A stretch of 47,076 nt of DNA from Candidatus Acetothermia bacterium. Lineage in GTDB: Bacteria; Bipolaricaulota; Bipolaricaulia; M55B111. The translations under genes and the position numbers were made by a program. The notes beneath the pieces are model-generated. The model did no database searches. It was not told the DNA's origin and worked only from the letters and a program-made list of their open reading frames with translations. The stretch spans positions 1-47,076 of the forward strand of contig JBKGZS010000003.1 of assembly GCA_046543285.1 (NCBI GenBank). Direction: 5' to 3'. Of the stretch, positions 1 through 7,340 are shown in pieces. The stretch's first letter is position 1; every line of letters starts with the position of its first letter.

Positions 1-57
1 CCATATACCTTTTTTCTGTCATGTTCTTCTCCCGCTAGATCTGGTTCGGAGATACCA

Positions 58-1845
58 CTATACCTCGCTGGGCTTGAACTGCAATTTGTGAAACTCGAAA
101 AATTTGCCCTCTTCCTCCATAAGCTGTCGGTAAGTTCCCTGCTCCTTGATCCTTCCCTCCTCGATGAACAGGATTTGGTCCGAGTTTACCACTGTGGACA
201 GCCGGTGGGCGATAATGATAGTGGTCCGCCCCTCGCTTACTCTATCGATTGCTTCCTGGATTAGCTGTTCCGTATAGGAATCGACGGACGAGGTGGCTTC
301 GTCCAGAATGAGGATTCCGGGATCCTGGAGAAGGGCTCGGGCAATAGATATCCGCTGGCGCTGACCGCCGGAGAGCTTCACTCCTCGTTGACCTACCTCG
401 GTATCGTAACTGTCGGGAAGCTCGTTGGCGAAGGTGTCCACGTTTGCTTCTCGGGCAAAATGGAGGATTTCTTCCATAGGAGAGTCGGGGTCTCCGTAGG
501 CGATGTTTTCTCTGATAGTTCCGGAAAAGAGGAAGTCATCTTGCATCACCATGGAAACGTTATTTCGCAGAGATTTGAGATCCCAGTCTTTTACATTTAC
601 TCCTTCGACGGTCACTTTCCCCCGGTCCACGTCGTAAAAGCGAGGAATCAACTGGGCGATGGTAGTTTTTCCCGCTCCGCTGGGTCCTACCAAGGCAACC
701 GTTTCTCGGGGGTTCACGCTGAAACTGAGGTCCTTCAGTACTTGTTCGCCGCCCTGGTATGTGAAGTCGACTTTGTCGAATGTGATCTCCCCCTCAAATT
801 CTCCTGGATCTTTTCTGAAAGATCCAGGAGTGAGTGCGATGTCAGGCTTGAGGTCGATGTGGGAGAAGAACCTTTCTGTGCTGGCAAAAAAACGGCTGAG
901 CCGTTCCCCGATGCGCACCAGTCGCAGGATGGGAGCCCTAAAGCGCATAAGATACGTATAAAAGGCCACCACTGTCCCTGCCGTCAGGTGGCCTGCCGCC
1001 ACCAGGTATCCCCCGTAACCCAGGGTCAATACCAGCCCGATGCTGTTGAGGAAGAAGGACACCGGACCCAGGGTGCTGAAATATTTTATTGCAGCAGCCC
1101 GGGCATGATAGTGCTCTTCATTCCTATCGATGAACCGTTCTTGTTCGTAATTTTCATTGGCAAAAGATTTGATAACTTTCATCCCGGAAAGGTTGTCTTC
1201 CAGGCGATCATTCAACCTGGCTTTTGCCTGCCGGTTCCTGCGAAATGCCTTGTGCATTCGCTCGATCAAGACAGTGGCAAATATCGCGAGAAAAGGGGTA
1301 AAGGAGAGCGCGATCAGCGTGAGGGGGACATTTAAGGTGAACAGTATTACCAGAACGCCAAGGATGGTGGTTCCCGCTTCTAACACGCCTTCCGGACCGT
1401 GATGAATAAACTCCTGCATGAGGTTCAGGTCGTCAATGACCCGGGACATCAATTCTCCCGTCTTGCGGTTGTCGTGAAATCTCATTGGGAGTTGCTGGAA
1501 GTGGTTGTAGAGGTCGTTGCGCATGTCAAATACTATCCGCTGGGCTATCCGGTGGCCGAAATAATTTCGAAGAAACCTTATTAAACTGATGCCGGTAAAT
1601 GTTCCCAGGGCGTAGAGGGATAGAGTTATTACTTCGCTTATATTTCCCGAGGGAATGGCGGTATCGATCATTTGCCGGAGCAAAAGCGGGGGAATTAATC
1701 CCACCAGAGCACCTAGAACGTGGAGCGACTGAATGGGCAAGTAAGTCTTTAAATTTGGCCGCAGATAGTCGTGAATAAACCTTCTTAGCAGGTATGATCT
1801 GTCGTCATTCTGATCGTATTCCTCTTCACTGCTGCGATTTTGCAC
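58..1845 (-). CDS. ABC exporter, fused TMD + NBD (MsbA/Sav1866-like half transporter)
   Basis: N-terminal multi-TM domain; Walker A GPSGAGKT, signature LSGGQRQR, Walker B LILDEATSS, H-loop IAHRLST; GTG start preceded by AAGGAG. Confidence 0.93.
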   Translation of the reverse strand: MQNRSSEEEYDQNDDRSYLLRRFIHDYLRPNLKTYLPIQSLHVLGALVGLIPPLLLRQMIDTAIPSGNISEVITLSLYALGTFTGISLIRFLRNYFGHRIAQRIVFDMRNDLYNHFQQLPMRFHDNRKTGELMSRVIDDLNLMQEFIHHGPEGVLEAGTTILGVLVILFTLNVPLTLIALSFTPFLAIFATVLIERMHKAFRRNRQAKARLNDRLEDNLSGMKVIKSFANENYEQERFIDRNEEHYHARAAAIKYFSTLGPVSFFLNSIGLVLTLGYGGYLVAAGHLTAGTVVAFYTYLMRFRAPILRLVRIGERLSRFFASTERFFSHIDLKPDIALTPGSFRKDPGEFEGEITFDKVDFTYQGGEQVLKDLSFSVNPRETVALVGPSGAGKTTIAQLIPRFYDVDRGKVTVEGVNVKDWDLKSLRNNVSMVMQDDFLFSGTIRENIAYGDPDSPMEEILHFAREANVDTFANELPDSYDTEVGQRGVKLSGGQRQRISIARALLQDPGILILDEATSSVDSYTEQLIQEAIDRVSEGRTTIIIAHRLSTVVNSDQILFIEEGRIKEQGTYRQLMEEEGKFFEFHKLQFKPSEV

Positions 1846-2376
1846 TATTTAGCTCCTTTTCAAGCGTTGTAAATGCGTTTTGAATTTTGAAGCCGGGTTG
1901 GAACAGGGATGGTTGGAGCCTCCTGATTGCAGAGGGAGTCCGGCCAAAGAAGGCAATCGTGTTATAGTTTTTCATGAGCTAGCAAGGGGACCGTTTGTTG
2001 TTCTCGATCAAAAAAATTATTCCGCCACACTTAAGTGTGAGGCCTGACGAATACATACTCAATACCTAGTTCTGGAAATTTTGAATTTCAGCGCTTTTCT
2101 TCAGCGGAGCGGGGAATAGTCCGGAGACCCTTCGGAGTTTCCGGTAGAGAGCCCTGCCCGAGTAGCCAGCAGGGACTTTCTACGACCCTTCTTTTCTGTC
2201 CGATTTGTCGTACCGGGTCCTATTTGATAGAGTTGATGCGGCCTATCGGAGCTGCTGCTGGCTGGGTGAGGGGTTCTGAGATATTCCAATCTTCACCCTG
2301 GTGAACAGTGTTCCATTACTAGTTCCCTTAGCAGACTAATCTATCCCTGATGAATGGTGAAAATTCGTAATCGATA

Positions 2377-5300
2377 ATGGTTTTGAGAAAGCTGGATAGG
2401 TATATTATCAAGCAGCTGGTTTATCCCTTTTTGTTTTCCGTGGTAGGCCTGATAATTTTTGTATCGCTTTCTCTTGCAATACAGCTTTCTGACCTGTTGC
2501 TTTCCCGCGGTACCTCGTTTTTGGGGTTGTTTTATTTACTGGGATTGAGACTCCCTGAATTTTTGGTATTTGCTCTTCCTATCGCCGTTCTGTTTGCGAT
2601 TTTCACGGTTTTCGCTCGCCTTATCCACGATCAGGAGATCCTCGGTTTCCAGCTGGGCGGTTATTCTATCCAGCGAATCGTGGTTCCCATTATCCTGTTT
2701 GGCCTTATGGCCAGCCTGTTGGGTCTTGCCGTGAACTGTTATCTTGCTCCCTGGGCCAACTTTCGTTACCGGGAGACGCTCTACCGGATTGCCCGAGGCG
2801 AGGAAGAGTTTGAAGTTCAATCAGATGTCTTCTTTAAAGGCCCGGAAGGCCGTACGTTTTACGTAGGGCACTATCAACCGGAAAGCGATAAGTTGGAAAA
2901 CGTGCTGATTTTTGACCCCGGTGGTTTGGGAATCACCGATAAGGAGAATTCCGACGACTTTCCGCAGCTAATAACCAGTAAAGGCGCGATCGTTCGCGGT
3001 GACAAATGGGAGCTCAAGGACGGATATTCTCTACGTCTGGACGAAAAAGGTCAGGTAAGTCATACCGTCGCTTTTGAAACCATGGAATTTGCTGTGGGCC
3101 GGGAGACGGAGGATCTGCTGCTGGAGAATAAACAGCCTGATGAAATGCCCCCTCTTGAATTAAGAAGACAGATCCGGAACGCTGAACTGGGCGGATTAAA
3201 TGTCGATGATCTGAAGCTGGCCCTGCACACCAAATTATCCCTTCCTCTGGCTGCCCTGGTCTTTTCTCTTTTTGCCGGACCTCTCAGTTTGTTATTTCGT
3301 CATCGAAGCCGGGCTGTAGGAATTCTTTTGAGCGTGGTCCTCGCAGGAGGCTATCAGGGCTTGTTGCTTTGGATCAGGACTCTGGTCAACCAGGCTAGCT
3401 TTGATCCGATTCTGGGCGCTTGGTTGCCCGACTTGATTTTCGGCGGAATGGGGACAGTTTTGTTCCTTGCTCTGGCGACAATAACCACTCACAGACTGGC
3501 GAAGTGGAAGAAAAACTTACGCAACCGCCTTCCTTTTTGTTTCATGCTGGCCATCACTCTTGCTCTATTTGGCATTTTGGCTTGTGTTAACCGGGCAACC
3601 GCAACTGAAAAGGAAGAGTCGGGACTCCCCTTTCGTCTAGAAGCTGAGCGTATTGAAATGACGAGAGAAGGTACTGAGGCCCGGGGCGGGGTGATAATTT
3701 CCTCTGGTGAGTGGCAAATAGGGACAGACTTTCTGTCTTTCCGGTCCACTAAAGAGGACCTGTATATGGTCGAGGGTGATCGAGAAGTGAGGTTCCAGGC
3801 CCCGGACCTGTCCTTTGATGCAGATTCTTTCTCCGCCCTTCTCCGGCGAGAGGAAGATGGAATTGTTCCCCTTAACCTCGATCTGGAGAGTGTGAGAGGG
3901 AGAACCGAAGATGTATTATTTTCGGCCGCGGAGGCAACTATCAATCTGGAAGATGGAAAAGTGGAGCAAATCATTTTATCTGCCGAAGCGATCCTGGAGT
4001 ACGGAGACGAGAGATTGAATGCGGAAGAAATCTCGATTTTCCGTTCCCAGAAGGGTTGGGAAATACATGCCGAGCATCAGGTCGATTACCGGCGGCCGGG
4101 GACCAGCCTGCAAAGCAAAGACCTTAGGATAAATTTAAGAGAGCAGTCTGGAAAGCTCCAGGCCCAGCGACTGCAGCTGATGGAGTATGAAGGCAATCTG
4201 CCTTTACGTACCGAGGAGGGCAGAGTGGATCTGTTTTTTCAGGCTGACCGCGGTTATCTGAAATTTGACGATCAGGGCAAGTTCCATTCGGCGGAATTGG
4301 AGAATGTTTGGTTTACCCACTGCAGTTGTTGTGGTTTGATAGAGGAGCGACCCTATGGAATCCGTGCTAAGGAGCTTAAAATAAGAGGGAGGGAAGCTGT
4401 ACTGGCTTTTTCTGTCACGATCAAGGCCCTGGGTCGCTCGGTTGGATGGCTTCCGTTTTACTTCATCCCCCTTGATGAATTGCAGGAACGGCTATATTTT
4501 CCGCGTTTCGGCTACGATGAACAGCGGGGGCTGTTCAGTAACTGGGAAGTCCCCCTACGGTTAGGGGAAGGCAGCTATGCTGTTGCGAAGCTGGGCTACT
4601 ATCACCGCAACAGGGCTCTGGGCCTCGGCCTACAGGGTACCGTGCGGGACGGGATACAAGAGGGAGAGTTTGACCTTTACGCCCTATTGAGGGGGGCTGG
4701 TGAAAATTACTACCGTTTCGTAGTCGAGGATCGCTGGGTCAACAGTGAACTCTTCGACTTCATAGGAAAGTTGAAATATCGCCAGGGTCCGGCGCCGGAC
4801 GGAAAAGGCCCGGAAAATCTGTGGGAGACCGTGGTGAGTCCCAAAAGTCTGCCCGCCCTCGATTTGCTGGTCAGCAGGGAAGAGGGGACGGTGAAAGAAA
4901 AAGCAGTGAAGCAAAAGTTCATTCTCCACCGGCTTCCGGAACTAAGATACTCTTGGAAGGGAGAACCTGACAGTTTTGCATTAGGTGAATATCGTTTCGA
5001 TTTTTCTGCCGGCCATTATTCAGAAACCCCTGCTGAAAATTCCAAGATGGTGATTGGGAACAAGCTCGCTCTGAATTCGGAGTTCGAGTCCCTTTCTTGG
5101 GAGCTGGGGCCGGTTTCCGGAGGTGTGGAAGGTTCCGGGGGAGTGGATAAATATTTATCCTCCAGGGACTTTGGAAACTCCGGATGGAGGTACAGATACG
5201 GTTTTCAGCCCTATTTGACTTTTGGAAAGGAGGCACTGGCTCTTCAGTTTGCCCATCGGTTCGTAGAGGGAAGTTCCCCTTTTGTTTTCGACCGGAAGGA

Positions 5301-5880
5301 AAGTCTGGATCGGTTGTCCATCAGTTACAGGGGGGAAAACAAGAGAATGAAGCATCAGCTGCAATTTAGCTATACGTTCTTTCCTGCCGAGGAAGCTGGA
5401 CCCTCTCCCCTCACCTATTCCCTGAAAGTTGATGAACCTTCCTACAAACTCACCGGGAAAGTAGATTACCGGATCCCCAAAACCCGATTTTATCTTTCCG
5501 ATTTATCTCTGCAAGCCAGCGAAGAAGAGGTTACCTCTCGCCTGAACTGGGGGTATGATTACGACGAAGATCGCTATCGAGAGCTGGATCTGAGCCTCAG
5601 CTTCCCCTCCTTTCGAGGACCGGCGAGTGCGGGGCTAAAAATTGATCTTCAGGCTGGGAAATTCACCACCCTTTCCCTGGAAAAGGAAGTCCGGCTGAAT
5701 AACAATTGGAGAGGATCAGTTGGATTGGAATACGATCTGAGCAGTGGTGAGATACCTGGCTATTCCTACAGTCTCTATCGTGACTTTCAGGATTGTTTGC
5801 AACTGGGCTTCAGGGGTGATCAGAGCGGAGTGAGTTTCGGCGTCAACCTGTTGAACTTCACTCAGAACCAGGAGGGCTGA
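2377..5880 (+). CDS. LptF/LptG (YjgP/YjgQ) permease fused to OstA/LptA-like beta-jellyroll region and LptD-like C-terminal beta-barrel
   Basis: N-terminus matches LptF/G (LDRYIIKQLVYPF, LRLPEFLVFALP, DQEILGFQLGGYS, LHTKLSLPLA, LGAWLPDLIF). Middle has the LptD motif FTHC..P.YGIRAKEL..WLPFYFIP..RLYFPRFGYDEQRG. The remainder has alternating beta-strand pattern ending YRDFQDC..FGVNLLNF. Confidence 0.85.
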   Translation: MVLRKLDRYIIKQLVYPFLFSVVGLIIFVSLSLAIQLSDLLLSRGTSFLGLFYLLGLRLPEFLVFALPIAVLFAIFTVFARLIHDQEILGFQLGGYSIQRIVVPIILFGLMASLLGLAVNCYLAPWANFRYRETLYRIARGEEEFEVQSDVFFKGPEGRTFYVGHYQPESDKLENVLIFDPGGLGITDKENSDDFPQLITSKGAIVRGDKWELKDGYSLRLDEKGQVSHTVAFETMEFAVGRETEDLLLENKQPDEMPPLELRRQIRNAELGGLNVDDLKLALHTKLSLPLAALVFSLFAGPLSLLFRHRSRAVGILLSVVLAGGYQGLLLWIRTLVNQASFDPILGAWLPDLIFGGMGTVLFLALATITTHRLAKWKKNLRNRLPFCFMLAITLALFGILACVNRATATEKEESGLPFRLEAERIEMTREGTEARGGVIISSGEWQIGTDFLSFRSTKEDLYMVEGDREVRFQAPDLSFDADSFSALLRREEDGIVPLNLDLESVRGRTEDVLFSAAEATINLEDGKVEQIILSAEAILEYGDERLNAEEISIFRSQKGWEIHAEHQVDYRRPGTSLQSKDLRINLREQSGKLQAQRLQLMEYEGNLPLRTEEGRVDLFFQADRGYLKFDDQGKFHSAELENVWFTHCSCCGLIEERPYGIRAKELKIRGREAVLAFSVTIKALGRSVGWLPFYFIPLDELQERLYFPRFGYDEQRGLFSNWEVPLRLGEGSYAVAKLGYYHRNRALGLGLQGTVRDGIQEGEFDLYALLRGAGENYYRFVVEDRWVNSELFDFIGKLKYRQGPAPDGKGPENLWETVVSPKSLPALDLLVSREEGTVKEKAVKQKFILHRLPELRYSWKGEPDSFALGEYRFDFSAGHYSETPAENSKMVIGNKLALNSEFESLSWELGPVSGGVEGSGGVDKYLSSRDFGNSGWRYRYGFQPYLTFGKEALALQFAHRFVEGSSPFVFDRKESLDRLSISYRGENKRMKHQLQFSYTFFPAEEAGPSPLTYSLKVDEPSYKLTGKVDYRIPKTRFYLSDLSLQASEEEVTSRLNWGYDYDEDRYRELDLSLSFPSFRGPASAGLKIDLQAGKFTTLSLEKEVRLNNNWRGSVGLEYDLSSGEIPGYSYSLYRDFQDCLQLGFRGDQSGVSFGVNLLNFTQNQEG

Positions 5881-6000
5881 TGGGCAGTTATCCTGAGTTG
5901 AAAATAAAGTCTTGTCTAGGATAATTTTCGAAATACACGGCTTTTGGGTCTGTGTTTTTCGCTAGACTAAATCGAGATTATCATTCTCTGGGGGTCGGAC

Positions 6001-7293
6001 ATGCGCAACGTTTTAGTGGTAGGCAGCGGCGGTCGCGAACATGCACTCTGTGAAAAGCTTAAGGTGGACCAAAACGTGGGGACTGTATTCTGTGCACCCG
6101 GCAACGGCGGAATTGCCTCTTCTCCGGGATTAGAACAGGTATCCTATGATTCTGCGAAGGGTCTTTATCGCAAGGTTCGAGACTATTCCATTGATCTGGT
6201 GGTAGTGGGTCCTGAAAAGCCGCTAGCCGAAGGACTTGGCGACTTCTTAAGGGAAAAAGGTGTGAAAGTTTTTGGTTTTTCCACAACAGCCGCGAAGCTG
6301 GAATCCAGCAAAGTATTTGCGGATCGTTTTAAAAGCAGGCACCAGGTCGCCTCGCCGGACTTCGAATTTTTTAACAGTTTTTCCGGGGCGCAGGAATATC
6401 TGGAGTCCATTTACGCGGATACCCCTGGGGAGAAGTTCTGGGTCAAGGCCGATGAACTGTGCGGGGGAAAGGGCGCAATTGGCATATCTTCCCTGGAGCA
6501 GGGACGGGAAGCCCTAACCGCTCTGTTCAAAGAAAAAAAATGTGGAGAGGGTGAGAGCGTGGTAATCCAGGAACACGTCACCGGTCAGGAGTTGACTATT
6601 CAAACCGTGACCGACGGTGACCAATATCTCCTTTTACCCAGCTCGCAGGATCATAAGGCGGTTTACAATGGAGGAAAAGGTCCCAATACCGGCGGTATGG
6701 GTGCGTACGCACCGGCTCCGCTATTCAATTCGTCTTTGAATGAGGCCTTCCAATCTGAAGTTTTGCGGCCCACGGCCCAGGGTATGGAGAAGGAAGAAAT
6801 TGATAGTCAGGGGGTCCTCTACTTTGGCTTGATGGTCAGCAGTAAGAAAGAGCCCCGGGTATTGGAGTACAACGTTCGGTTTGGCGACCCAGAAGCACAA
6901 GTGGTTCTGGAGCTGTTGGAAACCGATTTATATCCTATTCTTCGTGCAGCTTCCGTGGGCTCGCTATCTGAAATTTTGGACCACGTGAGTTGGAGGAACC
7001 AGGCCGCGGTCATCGTGATTCTCGCTGTGGAGGGTTACCCCGTCGATTACGGGGGCGAGAACTTGCCCATCGAGGGTCTCTCGGAACTGGAAGACCTGGA
7101 GCGGGTCAGCGTCTATCATGCTGGAACCAGGTACTCCGAAGGAAACCTCTACACCGCGGGAGGGAGAGTTCTGGGAATAACAGCCAGAGCAGAGACCATA
7201 CCGCAAGCTCGAGAAAGGGCTTACGATGCCGTAGACAAAGTTCGTTTCAAGGGAATGCACTACCGTACCGATATCGCGCAAGGAGTGTCTTAA
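6001..7293 (+). CDS. purD: Phosphoribosylamine--glycine ligase
   Basis: VLVVGSGGREHAL, VVGPEKPL, LESSKVFA, QDHK, GPNTGGMGAY, EYNVRFGDPE, GGRVL. Confidence 0.97.
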   Translation: MRNVLVVGSGGREHALCEKLKVDQNVGTVFCAPGNGGIASSPGLEQVSYDSAKGLYRKVRDYSIDLVVVGPEKPLAEGLGDFLREKGVKVFGFSTTAAKLESSKVFADRFKSRHQVASPDFEFFNSFSGAQEYLESIYADTPGEKFWVKADELCGGKGAIGISSLEQGREALTALFKEKKCGEGESVVIQEHVTGQELTIQTVTDGDQYLLLPSSQDHKAVYNGGKGPNTGGMGAYAPAPLFNSSLNEAFQSEVLRPTAQGMEKEEIDSQGVLYFGLMVSSKKEPRVLEYNVRFGDPEAQVVLELLETDLYPILRAASVGSLSEILDHVSWRNQAAVIVILAVEGYPVDYGGENLPIEGLSELEDLERVSVYHAGTRYSEGNLYTAGGRVLGITARAETIPQARERAYDAVDKVRFKGMHYRTDIAQGVS

Positions 7294-7340
7294 TTTTGGT
7301 GAGTAGACTTCTGAATTGTGGATTACATTTGTGGTGAGCT

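Noticed and set aside
1-33. Possible start of a further minus-strand gene (GGAG SD, ATG at 22, MTEKRYM...)
   Set aside because: Only seven codons lie in the window; cannot be supported as a CDS.
388-1335. 315-aa plus-strand ORF
   Set aside because: Antisense shadow of the ABC exporter with no recognisable motifs.
2110-2135. AGTCCGGAGACC resembling the cobalamin riboswitch B12 box
   Set aside because: The other core elements (GGGAA..GGTG, GCnACTG, GGGAAG) are not found in the right order.
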